NCBI GenBank assembly: GCA_951406725.2
Contig: OX597843.1
Span: 15,748,001-15,812,000 of the forward strand
DNA from: Octopus vulgaris
Lineage: Eukaryota
DNA length: 64,000 nt
Direction of reading: 5' to 3'
The notes under the pieces were generated by a model. That model saw only the letters and a list, made by a program, of their open reading frames with translations. It did not search any database and was not told where the DNA came from. This document shows, piece by piece, positions 50,720-64,000 of the stretch. Both the position numbers and the translations under genes were made by a program. Numbering within the stretch: the stretch's first letter is position 1; each line of letters opens with the position of its first letter.

Positions 50720-51548
50720 AATAATAATGAAATTATTGTATACAGTGCTCAGGTGCACCACAACTTGTCAGAAAGTGCGTATAAAGTACATGCAGTAATG
50801 TAGAAATGTCTGGGAAGCGAACAATGTATGAGTCAGATACATGCTTGTGTGTGTATGGAGGGGAGAAAATCAGGTGTAGTGTTGGCGAATCTCTCAGGAA
50901 GCATGGAAGTTTTGAAGGATGCAGTGCTCCGACAACTAACAACTGATGTTTGTTCCATGCTTCAGCGTGTGTATGGAGGGGAGAAAATCAGGTGTAGTGT
51001 TGACGAATCTCAGGAAGCATGGAAGTTTTGAAGGATGCAGTGCTCCGACAACTAACAACTGCTGCCGGCAGTTTGTTCCATGCTTCAGCGTGTGTATGGA
51101 GGGGAGAAAATCAGGTGTAGTGTTGACGAATCTCAGAAAGCATGGAAGTTTTGAAGGATGCAGTGCTCCGACAACTAACAACTGCTGCCGGCAGTTTGTT
51201 CCATGCTTCAGCGTGTGTATGGAGGGGAGAAAATCAGGTGTAGTGTTGACGAATCTCAGGAAGCATGGAAGTTTTGAAGGATGCAGTGCTCCGACAACTA
51301 ACAACTGATGCCGGCAGTTTGTTCCATGCTTCAGTGTGTGTATGGAGGGGAGAAAATCAGGTGTAGTGTTGGCGAATCTCAGGAAGCATGGAAGTTTTGA
51401 AGGATGCAGTGCTCCGACAACTAACAACTGATGCCGGCAGTTTGTTCCATGCTTCAGCAACTCTCAGCGTGAAAAAATGTTTCCTGAAGTCATGGGAGCT
51501 GTGCTGTTTTCTGACTTTGTAAACATGTCCAAGGGTGTTCGATGACAA
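50720..51548 (-). mobile_element. 3' end of a CR1-clade LINE; a 123-bp segment spanning the stop codon is tandemly repeated x5 (50847-51457)
   Basis: TLGHVYKV...RKHFFTLRVAEAWNKLPASVV...SFK is the CR1 ORF2 C-terminal motif. (ATT)n tail at ~50720. Confidence 0.8.
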
Positions 51549-51960
51549 TCTTTTGTTTTTCCTTCAGGAGCATAGATGAATAAGTTGTCTGGATGGCCAA
51601 CCCTGGAATGACCATCGTAGAACTGTCCATGTGAAAAGCACGATGTTTCAATGTCCAACCCAACAACTTTCGGCAACTGACCTTGTGCTTTATTAATTGT
51701 CATGGTGAAGCTGAGTTTCAGAGGGAACTGAAGTCTCTGCATAGGGTAGTCTGTTGGGGTTAGCGGAATTTTCGGAATGAAAGCAATATCGTTTTTGCCG
51801 TGTCCCGTGACAACTTGGGCTTCAATGACGTGAGTTCCATTGCATAGTGTAGGCCGTTTAGCTTGTGTAGGAGGAAGACAGGGCAAGTGAAGTTCATGGG
51901 GAGGGAATCCTGGAGGATGCTGGGAGTTGAGAAATTCCGTTGGAAAGTGTGTACCCTGAT
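51549..51960 (-). pseudogene. Helitron-type PIF1 helicase fragment (C-terminal motifs)
   Basis: FPTEFLNSQHPPGFP, LCNGT, RLQFPLKLSFTMTINKAQGQ and FSHGQFY...SRV, with deletions and a frameshift. Confidence 0.85.
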
Positions 51961-52236
51961 CGAGATCTCATCTGATGCGTAACAACGTTCTTAAGAAGGT
52001 AACTCACTGAGTAAGTCATAGTTAAGAGTGTTGACAGCTGCATTTGTGGGGACTTCATTTTAGTCCCTCTGCATGGCACCTTGGACAAATGTCTTCTGGA
52101 ACAGCCCTGAGCCAACCACAACTTTGTGAGTGAATTTGGTATCAGAAAACTAATCAGTCGCTGAAAGTTGTCAGGTTGGACATTCAAACATCCCACAATG
52201 AGAGACCTGAGATGAAACAACAACATCCTTGGAAGT

Positions 52237-52550
52237 GTGACTCTACTTCTTGCTGGAGATCTTCAACAAACTCTGCCTATTATACCCAAAGGAAAACCCG
52301 CTGATGAACTTAATGCCTGCCTTAAAAAATCCCTACTTTGGTCGCATGTCCAATCAAAACAACACATCATCAACATGGGATCACTCCTACAGACTGGTCA
52401 GCCTAGAACCCAATTTTCAGAAATGCTCCTTAAAATCAGCAATGGACAAATTACGTCGAATGACAACAGATACATTGACACTACCACCATTGGCCACACT
52501 GTCTCCAGCTCCGATGACTTATGTTCTGCTGTTTACCCAAATCTTATGAC
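52237..52550 (+). pseudogene. Helitron-type PIF1 helicase fragment (motif III region), opposite strand; inverted partial copy at 52580-52749
   Basis: LLAGDLQQTLPIIPKG..ADELNACLKKS.LW...NM...FSEMLLKISNG. Confidence 0.85.
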
Positions 52551-52749
52551 GAAATAAATCAAACCAGATTCGCTTCGTAGCCAATGGTGGTAGTGTCAAT
52601 GTATCTGTTGTCATTCGACGTAATTTGTCCATTGCTGATTTTAAGGAGCATTTCTGAAAATTGGGTTCTAGGCTGACCAGTCTGTAGGAGTGATCCCATG
52701 TTGATGATGTGCTGTTTTGATTGGACATGCAACCAAAGTAGGGATTTTT

Positions 52750-53843
52750 CCATTAACACGCAAATAGTGAGCGGTGTTCCGCAGGGCACTGTTTTGGGAC
52801 CACTACTGTTCATAATGGGCCTCTCAGACATGCCCTCAGCCACGATCACAAGTTATGCAGATGATACAAAAGTTTCACAGGCAATACAGAACCCTGAGGA
52901 CACTAAACGCCTGCAATGTGAGCTGGACAAAATATACAAGTGGGCTGAAAAGAATAGCATGCAGTTCAATGCTGAAAAGTTTCAAGCTTTATGCTATCAG
53001 CATGCAAAACTAAATGCAATACCCAATGAATACACTGGACCCGGAGGAATTGCAATCCCAGAGGCACAATCAGTGCGTGACCTGGGTATTTACATGAGTG
53101 ATGACGCAACCTTTCGTGTACATGTTGCTAAATTGGCAATGAAATGTAGATGACTGGCCGGATGGATTCTCAGAACCTTTAGAACAAGAGAACAAGAAAC
53201 CATGATGGTCCTCTGGAGGACACTTGTCCTAAGCCACTTTGACTATTGCTCTCAGCTATGGTCACCATCCAGTGTCAAGTTGATCACAGAACTTGAGGCG
53301 ATCCAACATAGCTACACGAAGAAGATAGCCTCTGTGCAGAATATAAGCTACTGGGAAAGACTCAAGAGATTAAAACTCTATTCCTTGGAGCGTAGGCAAG
53401 AAAGATATGCCATAATATACATCTGGAAGATCCTGGAGGGACTTGTCCCAAACTTTGGCATCGTGAGTTACACAAATGCCAGAACTGGTCGCCACTGCGT
53501 GGTGCCTAGGACTCCAAATTTGCCATCAAGATGTAGGACAAGATACTGTGATAACCTGGGCTTCCGAGGCCCACAGCTCTTCAATATCCTCCCGAAGAAC
53601 CTAAGAGACCTGTATGGGGTGGATGCAGATGTCTTTAAAATGAAACTGGATCTCTTCTTGTCAGGTGTCCAGGATGAACCAACTTCACGGCAGGAGGTGC
53701 AGATAAGGGCAGCTGCATCGAACTCTCTCATGCACCAAATGGCAGTTGCTAAAAAGCATTCGTGAAGTAAAACCATGTAGCAACACCAAATGGCGGTGCA
53801 CCAGCATGGCCACAGCTCGTGAGCTGAAACTAGAATCAATCAA
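52750..53843 (+). mobile_element. 5'-truncated LINE (CR1/L2-like superclade) RT fragment with intact 3' end
   Basis: SGVPQGTVLGPLLF, YADD, RDLGI and LYSLERRQERY. One in-frame stop at 53151. Ends in an (AATC)n tail. Confidence 0.9.
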
Positions 53844-56535
53844 TATATATATTTATATTTATATATATATATATATTTATCTATAGATATAAAAATACAG
53901 TCTGCATTTAAACACATAAGAGATGACCATAATAGGACATCTGACTCACTAGAAAGAGCAGTTAAACTCCAAACCACTAATATTTATATATATATTTTTT
54001 CATAATCGTGAGAGTTCCCGTGTGTAGAACACATATTTTCTGATAATTCCAAAAAATTAAAATGTTATGAGAAGTTATATGGGACGCTTTTTTGAGTTTT
54101 TGAGGAAGTTAAATCGAAATTTGAGGTAAGTTTAGTTGCTATTGCTTGTACGCCCAGCGACCACGCAGACGTTCCCGCGTAGTCTCGCTCATATTCGGGT
54201 GACGACCCGTGTGGCTGGGTGACCACCAACTCTGTCTATCTGTCGTAAAGTACTACATTTCCGTAGCATTTAAGTTAATGGGTGTTGTATTATAGTAGGC
54301 TATTCGTATTGTTTATTTTCAATTTTCCTTTTGTACACTCATCGGAGTCGGATAACCATCGCTTTTTAAAGCAAAGACAGGATAAATATACTGGCAAGAG
54401 GGAAAAAGTCTTATGTCAGACTTAAGGTAAATATATATAAACCTAATTCTCGAATTTAAACATCCTTTGAAATCTCACGCATCTGAGACTTTTGTATTCC
54501 TTTTTTCTTGAAATTATTTATTTTTCTTTCCTGCAAAAAGATGTGTCGATTATATGAAAGACGAAAAAAAAAGGGAAAACACCCGAACTGAAAAAAAAAT
54601 ATTTACGAAACAATCAACGTGGTTCTTTGACAAGATGGAAGAATGGGAGTAGGAGGAGTTAGAGGAAGAGAAGGTATAGTGATAGAGAGGGTTGGAGTGA
54701 GAGGTGAGAAGGGTTAATAGAAAGAATGAGAGAGGGGGAAGCTTAGTAACAGATTTAGAGGGAAGCTGATGACAGGACCGCAACAAATTTCTGGCAAGCT
54801 TCAAACAGGAAGTGTTCCGGATTTCTGCAGACAAATTTAATAGAAAAATATGAAAATTCAAGAATTAAATTGTATTTAATAAATTCATATTAAATACTCT
54901 TCGGATTTTTTCGGTTTGAACGGCAGTTTTTAAAAATAATTTCTAGGTAACTAAACACTTCTAAACTTCGTATACTGGTAGAATGTGTTTATAAAACATC
55001 TTTTTTCTCTTGGCTTTATTGAGAAAATTCTATAGTTAGTAAGATATTTGTTGTTTTTTTCCTTCAATTTCTGCAATTTCAACCAATCAATGACGTCTAT
55101 TGAGGTAAAAAGCAGGATATTTTCGGTTTGAACGGCAGTTTTTTCTAGCGATGTCATATGAAATTGTCACCCATAATTATGACCCTAGTATCGATCTATT
55201 GCATTTCAATCTGTTTTAAGGTTAGGGTTAGAGGTGGGTGGAAGGGTATCTTTTTTTCTTCAGAAATGTAAATAAAACCCAATCTGTTTCTTAAACGAGG
55301 GACATATTCATACGGCACAGAATGTGTTTTTTTTTTTTTTTACCTCAATAGACGTCATTGATTGGTTGAAATTGCAGAAATTGAAGAGAAAAAAAAACAA
55401 CAAATATCTTACAAACTATAGAATTTTCTCAATAAAGCCAAGAGAAAAAGATGTTTTTTATAAACACATTCTACCAGGATACGAAGTTTAAAAGTGTTTA
55501 GTTACGTGGAAATTATGTTAAAAACTGCCCGTCAAACCGAAAATTTAAAACGAAAGTGAAGAACATGATCTTAATAGATACAAGCAGAATTTGATAAATT
55601 CTAGAGCAGAATATGTTTCTTCTTTATGAATTCACATAAAAAAACTATTTTAACACACTGTAGATTAAACTTCAAAACAGGGTACAGTATATATACAATA
55701 ATTTCATTATATTATATTATATTATATTGCACAGAATTCTGGTTTTTCTGGAAACTGGATAAGAGGTCCATTACTGTTGAGAGGTTGAGTAAGAGGAGGG
55801 TTAGCGTGACATTAAGAAAGAGTCGGAAGACTTTGTGAAGGGGAGGGGAGAAAGCTATAGAAATCAACGTGGAAGGAGGAGATGCGAGCGTGGACGGAAG
55901 AGAGCGTAAGTAGATAAAGGGAGGGAGAAATAAAGTAAGGAGACTTGTGTGAAGGCAAGAGAGAAAGAGGGAGAAAGCTATAGAAATCAACGTGGAAGGA
56001 GGAGATGCGGGGTGGAAGGAAGAGAGCGTACGTAGATAAAGGGAGGGGGAGATATAACGAAAGTGGGGAGGAAGAAGAAGTGATAGACTAGAATAGGAAA
56101 AATGTAATGTAAGGTGGTAGGAGGAAACTCACTCAAGGGGTGAAGTATGAGGTGCTTTAACAAAGAGAGGTAAAGTAAGAGGGTGGAGGAGCTTAGATGG
56201 TTGCGATTGAGTAAGAGGAATTAGTGAGGGGAAGACGGGGAGTAGCTTCGATAGAAAGATAGCGTTGAAGGAGTGAGAGACGGAGCAAAGTGGAGGTAGA
56301 GAAAGGTAGTAATAGATACGTGGTGGAAGTTTTTGTGTGAAAGAAAGAGAGAAGCGAATCTATTACCGCCGCGGCGGTGGTTGTGGTGGCGGTGATGGTG
56401 GTGGTGGCGGTGATGATGAGAGAGACTCGAGTGAGGGTCGTCGCCATGCTGAGTAAAGGTTGAGTCTTATTGTTTTGATTGCAAGAGGGTCAAGTGAGAC
56501 TTGAAATTAAAACCCCGCTCTTCGCATTCGCACAC

Positions 56536-56568
<33 letters not shown>

Positions 56569-56861
56569 CACACACAGGGCACCCTTTGGACACCTGATCT
56601 GCTTGATTGACTTACAATTTCTTGAAAATACCTGCGAAAAAGGTTTCTATATTTTAAATATAATACTTTGTATGTCATTTGAGAAATAGTTTGATTATTA
56701 AATGCATGCGTATATATATATGTATGTATATATATATATATATATATGTATGTATACATACATGCACGTGTGTGTGTGTGTATATGTATATATATATAAT
56801 TACTATGTATATTACACTATGTGATGTGTGTTTATATATATATATGTATACATACATGCAC

Positions 56862-56902
<41 letters not shown>

Positions 56903-56969
56903 ATTACTATGTATATTACATTGTATGTGATGTGTGTATATATATATATGTATGTATACATACATGCAC

Positions 56970-57002
<33 letters not shown>

Positions 57003-57560
57003 ATTACTATGTATATTACATTGTATGTGATGTATATATATGCATGTATACATATATGCACGTGTGTGTGTGTATATGTATGTATATATATGTATATATA
57101 ATGGTGCAATATATCTATATATAGGATTACTATGTATATAACATTGTATGTGATGTATTTACATTACACACATATACACACACGTGTGTGGTGTGTATAT
57201 TAAATGTTCATTTCCTTATCTTACAGTATATGCACACATTCTATGTATTGTTGCGGATATATTTATGCATATATGTGCATTGTCCATTTAAATGTGTTTG
57301 TGCATGTGTTATGATAAAATGCACGTTCTGTGCATAACATATATATATATATATATACATACACACACACATATATATATATATATATAGGCGCAGGAGT
57401 GGCTGTGTGGTAAGTAGCTTGCTAACCAACCACATGGTTCCGGGTTCAGTCCCACTGTGTGGCATCTTGGGCAAGTGTCTTCTGCTATAGCCCCGGGCCG
57501 ACCAATGCCCTGTGAGTGGATTTGGTAGACGGAAACTGAACGAAGCCTGTCGTATATATG

Positions 57561-57593
<33 letters not shown>

Positions 57594-57895
57594 TTGTCCC
57601 CCTAGCATTGCTTGACCACCGATGCTGGTGTGTTTACGTCCCCGTCACCTAGCGGTTCGGCAAAAGAGACCGATAGAATAAGTACTGGGCTTACAAAGAA
57701 TAAGTCCCGGGGTCGATTTGCTCGACTAAAAAAAGGCGGTGCTCCAGCATGGCCGCAGTCAAATGACTGAAACAAATAGTAAAGAGTATATGGTTGATCT
57801 TTATACGTGTATTTATATAGCGAGCAAAATATTGGAGAACTGGTCTATATACTTAATATTGAAGGCGGTGCTCATATGCTCATAAATACCGTGTG

Positions 57896-57936
<41 letters not shown>

Positions 57937-58193
57937 GTGTGTGTGTGTGTAGAATTCGTTCGTCTATGTTTACGTAAATATGTGAGGTGTTTCCAGTGGT
58001 ACCTTTTAATTTTATCACAACACAAGAATGTCTTGACTGCTACTCCTGATGATATTATTATCATAATTGCTGCTACTAATTACATGTAAACAAACCAAAT
58101 ATATTAATGATACACAAAAGTGAGAAATCTGGAAGTGGTGATGGAGCGAATCGTCAGCTTCCAGTGATTGTTGACTAAATAATAGCTTTCAGT

Positions 58194-58875
58194 ATCTATC
58201 TATCTATCTATCCGTCTATCTATCTGTCTATCTATCTATCTATCTATCTGTCTATCCATCTGTCTATCTATCTATCTATCTATCTATCCATCTGTCTGTC
58301 TTTCTATCTATCCGTCTATCTATCCGTCTGTCTATCTGTCTGTCTATCTATCTGTCTGTCTGTCTATCCGTCTATCTATCTGTCTGTCTGTCTATCCGTC
58401 TATCTATCTGTCTGTCTGACTATCCTTCTATCTATCTGTCTGTCTATCTATCTATCTATCTATCTATCTGTCTGTCTGTCTGTCTGACTATCCTTCTATC
58501 TGTCTGTCTATCTATCTATCTATCTATCTATCTGTCTGTCTGTCTGTCTGACTATCCTTCTATCTGTCTGTCTATCTATCTATCTATCTGTCTGTCTGTC
58601 TGACTATCCTTCTATCTGTCTGTCTATCTATCTGTCTGTCTGACTATCCTTCTATCTGACTGTCCTTCTATCTGTCTGTCTGACTATCCTTCTATCTGAC
58701 TGTCCTTCTATCTGTCTGTCTGTCTATCTATCTATCCGTCTATCTGTCTGTCTGTCCGTCTATCTATCTGTCTGTCTATCCGTCTGTCTATCTATCTGTC
58801 TGTCTGTCTATCCGTCTATCTATCTGTCTGTCTATCTATCTATCTGTCTATCCGTCTATCTATCTATCTGTCTAG
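58194..58875. repeat. (TCTA/TCTG)n compound tetranucleotide microsatellite
   Basis: Direct reading. Confidence 0.95.
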
Positions 58876-60795
58876 CTCGCTACCTACCTACCTATTTAGC
58901 TGGCTAGCTACCTAAAAATATCTATTTTCCTCTCTCCATCTACCTACCTGTCTAGTTATTTACCTATCTTTCTACACATGGTTTTTGTGTACGATATCCC
59001 AAACGTTGAGTGAACTCTTGTTTCGCTGGTCATGTTATATATCGTCCCAGGGCAGTTGTTTGATCGAACCGCATCAAGCCCATATCCATGGCCATTTTCG
59101 AATCTTGTGCATCAAGGTATACACACCATCTCATATGTCTCCACACCCTGTGGAAGGGATGGGTAACCTTTTTCGAAAAGCGGGCCGCATGAGACATGGC
59201 TAAAACACCGGGCGGGCGGCACAATTAAAAAAAAACCCAGAAAAACATTAAGGTGATTTTTCGTTAGGTGTCATTCAGACAGGTGTGTTCAGTCGGAGTT
59301 CCTCTGCAATTAAACACATACAACATACATACACGTATAAGCATATTTGTCTTTATGTCAGATAATCGTGGTACTCCGTCGGTTACGACGACGAGGGTCC
59401 CAGCTGATACGATCAACGGAACAGCCTGCTCGTGAAATTAACGTGCAAGTGGTTGAGCATTCCACAGACACCTGTACCCTTAACGTAGTTCTTGGGGAGA
59501 TCCAGCGTGACACAGAGTGTGACAAAGCTGGCCCCTTTGAAATACAGGTACAACAGGAACAGGAGGAAAGAGTGAGACAAAATTGTGGTGAAAGAGTACA
59601 GCAGGGGGCAACACCACCCCCTGCCGGAGCCTCGAGGAGCTTTAGATGTTTTCGCTCAATAAACACTCAACGCCCAGTCTGGGAATCGAAACTGCGATCC
59701 TACGACCGCGAGTCCGTTGCCCTAACCACTGGGCCATTGTGCTTCCACTGTCCCATAATATTAGCTTTATCTCCGGCCTGAAGACGAAATATATATGTCC
59801 ATGGTAGCGTGCTTTTGTTTATATCAGTATTTGCCCCTCCACACCGCTTGACTACTGGTGTTGGGTTGTCTACATCCATGTAACAGCCGTTCGGGAAAAG
59901 GGACAAATAGAATAAAAAGTATCCGGGTTTAAAGAATACCGGGACAGATTTGTTTGACCGATCCCTTCAAGGCGGTACCCCAGCGTGGCCGCAGTCCATG
60001 TTTCCCAACCACATGGTTCCGGGTAGAATCCCACTACGTGACACCTTGGGGCAAACGTCTTTTAATGTAGTTTCGGATTTTGTGAGTGGATTTGATAGAA
60101 GGGAAACTGAAAGAAGCTCATCGTTAATATTTGCGTGCTGTGGGTGCATCTTTGCCTCACACACCGGTGTTGGTGCGTTTACGTCCCCGTAACCTAGCAG
60201 TCCGGCAAAAGGCAGATAGACTAAGTACCAGGCTTTTAAAAAAAGTACTGGAGTCGATTCGTTCAAGGCGGTGCCCCAGTATGGCCTGTCTAATTATATA
60301 TATATATTCAATGAGAGTGGCGGTGAGGTGCTGTAAATCAACTTGTCCATGTCTACGTGATATGCAACATGTTTGTGTGGTTTTTGATGATCCCCAGATC
60401 AAAAACCGTAACCCAGCAGAACGGCACACGATCGATCACACACCCAGGTTTATACAAAACATCATTAGCCAATGTTTCCATCGTTACATTTAAGACGGCG
60501 AAGCGGGATTTGGAGGAGATTTAGCTGCTGTTTCCAGGATATGCATGGCCACAGCTCTGAGCTGAAACAAGAAAAACGAAAATATATATATATTTATATT
60601 CGTGTAACATCGTCCATTTTTCTGTCTTTGTTTCTTATACATTCGAAGCTTTCCTCCGAGGAATCTAATGCTCTTAGCTTAGTTTTTCCTTGGGGATGGC
60701 CAGATTGGAGCAATCTCAAGATTAATCAGCCGAAATTGCGAGGATGATCCGGTTCTTGACTGAAGATTAAAGGCTTCGAATGACCTGTCCGTGTT

Positions 60796-60945
60796 TTTTG
60801 TATCGTCTCTCTGGATGTTTTGTTGTCCCATTTTGTATCGTCTATCTGGATGTTTTGTTGTCCCATTTTGTATCGTCTATCTGGATGTTTTGTTGTCCCA
60901 TTTTGTATCGTCTATCTGGATGTTTTGTTGTCCCATTTTGTATCA
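60796..60945. repeat. 34-bp minisatellite, about 4.5 copies
   Basis: Unit TTTGTATCGTCTATCTGGATGTTTTGTTGTCCCA. Confidence 0.9.
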
Positions 60946-61598
60946 CCTAGTTGTCCGGATGTTTTGCGTTCTTGTCTCATTTTGTATGTATGTATATATA
61001 TACATATATGAGAGAGAGACAGAATAAGAGGATTGATATAATATCCAGGCGGTTCTGCTTCGTTGATTTGAACGAGAGTTTCGAGTCATCTTATCTTTAT
61101 TATTGGCAGAATCGGTTGAACATCGGGTGAAATGCCTTGCGGTGTTTATTCTGGCTTTATACGTTGTAATTTCAAACCTCTCAAAGGTTAACTTTTTACT
61201 TCTCTTTTCCTCCTTCCTTTGATCGATAAAATCTGTCAATTTATGATATATCGACCGCAGCAGATATAATCGATCTCTATCCCCTCCCAGAAAATGCGTT
61301 GCTCTGCCTGCTTGTGAGAAATCATTTGTCTCTCTCTCTCTCTCTGTATGTATGTATACCTCGTTTTTCCATTCTTTCTCACACCATCTCTTTCTCTCTG
61401 TCTGTCGATCGATCTATCTGACAGAAATGTGATATGTGCACCCTATGTTTTTTTTTTCTTTCATATTAAATTCCGATGTAATCGGAATCTACATCATCCG
61501 GAGCATATTTGTAGAAGATGTCATTAAAAAAAAATATTCATTTTTCCGAAAGTTATGAAGAAACAAAGTTGCTGTGTGTGTGTGTCACACTAGGTATG

Positions 61599-61634
<36 letters not shown>

Positions 61635-61635
<1 letters not shown>

Positions 61636-62926
61636 GAGGGACGTTCAATAAGTAATGCCTCTGACCCACTCGCAGTTGTTTGATCTAGCTGAAATTTTGC
61701 ATGTGCAATTATTTATATCTCTATAGATTAAGTGGCAAATTACAGCTCTGAACTAATTGTGGTTTCTGATTTACAGATGTTTGAACTGAGTCAAGTGTTA
61801 AATGGAGCCTGTTGAGTGTCGAGCAGTGATCCGGTTTTTGTATTTGAAAGGACGCACACCACGGGAGACTTTTGATGAAATGAAAGTAACTTATGGTGAT
61901 GATGCACCATCATATGACCTTGTAAAACGCTGGCATCGTGAATTCAAACATGGTCGGAACTCTGTGGAAACAGCTCCCAGATCTGGTCGCCCCACTTCTG
62001 CCATTGATGAGGCATCTGTCCGTCAAGTTGAGGCTGCCATTTTGGAAGATCGACGCATAACTATTCGCCAAATAGCCCATGAGGTCGAGATTAGTACCGG
62101 GTCTGTGAAAACTATCATTCATGACCATTTGCATATGCAAAAGGTGTCTGCCAGATGGATTCTCAAGTTGCTCACACCTTTCGAGAAGCAAGAACGCGTC
62201 GAGTGCTTGAGGATGAATTTGGAGATGTGCCAAGAAGGTTAGTCAAAATTTTTCAAAAGACTGATTACACAGGATGAAACCTGGGTCTATCACTATGATC
62301 CAGAGACCAAAGCCCAGTCAATGTAGTGGAAGCACCGTGACTCACCTCCTCCAAAGAAGGCAAGGGTGCAGCCCTCCGCTGGCAAGGTCATGCTCACAGT
62401 CTTCTGGGACCAGGACAGAGTAGTGATGACAGATTTCCTGGCAAAGGGTACCACAATTACAGGAGTCTATTATGCTTCACTTTTGAGGAAATTAAGAGAA
62501 GCTATCAAAATCAAGAGGCGGAGCAAGATCAACAAAGGCATCCTCCTCCTGTAGGACATCGCTCCGGTCCACAACTCGCGTGTCACCAGATCAGAAGCAG
62601 AAGCGTGCGGCTATGAACTCCTCCCCCATCCCCTTACTCTCCTGACCTTGCACCCTCTGATTTTTACCTCTTCCCAGCCATGAAGTTGATTTTGAAAGGA
62701 AAGCGATTCCCAGATGATGCAGCCTTGATTTCTGAAGTCACGTCGTAGTTGGAGGACCAAGCTGGAGTCTTCTACAAAAACGGTCTCCAGAGCTGCATCA
62801 AACAATGGGAGAAATACGTAACTCTGGGTGGTTCCTATGTAGAAAAGGACTAATAACTGTGCCAAGTTTCGTTGCTCTACTGCTATGGGAAGTGGGTCAG
62901 GGGCATTACTTATTGAACGCCCCTCG
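61635..62926 (+). mobile_element. Full-length but inactivated mariner (D,D34D) in a (TA)n tract
   Basis: TA|CGAGGGACGTTCAATAAGTAATGCC ... GGCATTACTTATTGAACGCCCCTCG|TA. ATG at 61802; motifs ITQDETWV and [13 protein letters not shown]. Several TAG stops (e.g. 62240) and a frameshift. Confidence 0.92.
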
Positions 62927-64000
62927 TATATATGTATGTATGTATATATGTATGTATGTATATATGTATGTATATATGTATGTATGTACATATATGTATG
63001 TATATATATATATGTATGTATATATATATATATGTATATATAAATATGTATATATATATGTGTGTATATGTATATATATATATGTGTGTGTATATATATA
63101 TATATATTTATATACATACACACACCATAGTTTAACGTGTATAAGAAACCCTCGTGTATAAAGAACACCTTAATTTTGGGGGCTTAAAATTTGGGGAAAA
63201 AAAGGTTTTGTCAGGGATTATTATTCTATCCATGTATAAGAAACTCCCATAATTTTTTTAACCTAATTTCCAACAAAAGAGGGTTCCTTATTCACGTTAA
63301 AATCAGACTGGGCCTGGTGCAGCCTCCTGGCTTCCCAGACCCCTGTTGAACCGTCCAACCCATGCCAGCATGGAAAGCGGACGCTAAACGATGATGATGA
63401 TGATGATGATGATGAAATTGTTGCGGCTAGAATGCCTTTGATCAAAGGCTTGTTCACTCAATACTAACGTGGTGGTGGTGATGGTGGGCAAATACTGTAG
63501 TTGTACTAGTAATATTAATACCTACTGCAACAGTGATGCTTTAACTTTTAATGTTATTAAAACTTCTACTACTACTGCTGCTGCTGCTGCTTCTAGTATA
63601 TGACTACAGCTCCCGATTCTAGCACTACTACTACTACTACTACTACTATCATCATCATTGCTGCAACAATGAATCCTCTACGTGGTTGCCTGACTCACTA
63701 GAAACAGCAGTCAAACTTCCCTTATGTCACACACAAGGAGGACAATGGGATATCGGTAGTCATGGATATGTGCTGCTTGAGCAAAAGACTGGATGATCAC
63801 AGTTGGAATGTCTTTGGCTTATAGATCTCTGCTCAACACTACTCGCATTATTGCAACATCCAGCACCACCACCATAACCATTATTACGAGGACTACCATT
63901 TCTACACTACCACCACAACCACCAGTAGCATTAAATACTTCAACCACCACTCACTCTAACACCACTACTAGCAATACTACTAGATCTTTTCCTTTTGAAC

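Noticed and set aside
56675-57124. Tyr/Ile/His-rich ORFs (also 62611-63168)
   Set aside because: Translations of (TA)n/(TG)n microsatellites.
60715-60790. Hammerhead ribozyme (CTGAAGA and GAAA nearby; reverse copy at ~10145-10212; also 59779-59800)
   Set aside because: Could not build stems I and II around the core. I also saw no hammerhead core in the tandem-array units, so no retrozyme is called.

Overview
Eukaryotic, AT-rich, repeat-saturated DNA. The SINE/MITE families and gene type point to a coleoid cephalopod, probably Octopus (inferred from remembered family features, not a database search). The only clearly intact genes are two tandem, same-strand C2H2 zinc-finger paralogues: ZF1 (CDS 23556-25844) and ZF2 (CDS 43404-45749). 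Each has 26 finger units, a short acidic N-terminal leader without KRAB/BTB/SCAN/ZAD, and a matching inferred promoter, non-coding first exon, intron and single coding exon. A mind-bomb-type RING exon lies on the minus strand near 3.5 kb. The rest is SINEs, MITEs (piggyBac-, hAT- and unknown-type), dead mariner/maT/pogo pieces, LINE fragments (CR1-like, RTE), Helitron pieces and microsatellites. Main observations: a ~374-bp near-identical tract between otherwise diverged ZF paralogues; fossil fingers split by TEs in the ZF1 3' UTR; a compact structured-RNA candidate at an RTE 5' end; a SINE and a LINE sharing a structure-conserved 3' tail; repeated conversion of TE segments into tandem arrays; and inverted arrays inside the ZF2 transcription unit. 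Most short ORFs in the supplied track are repeat artefacts.
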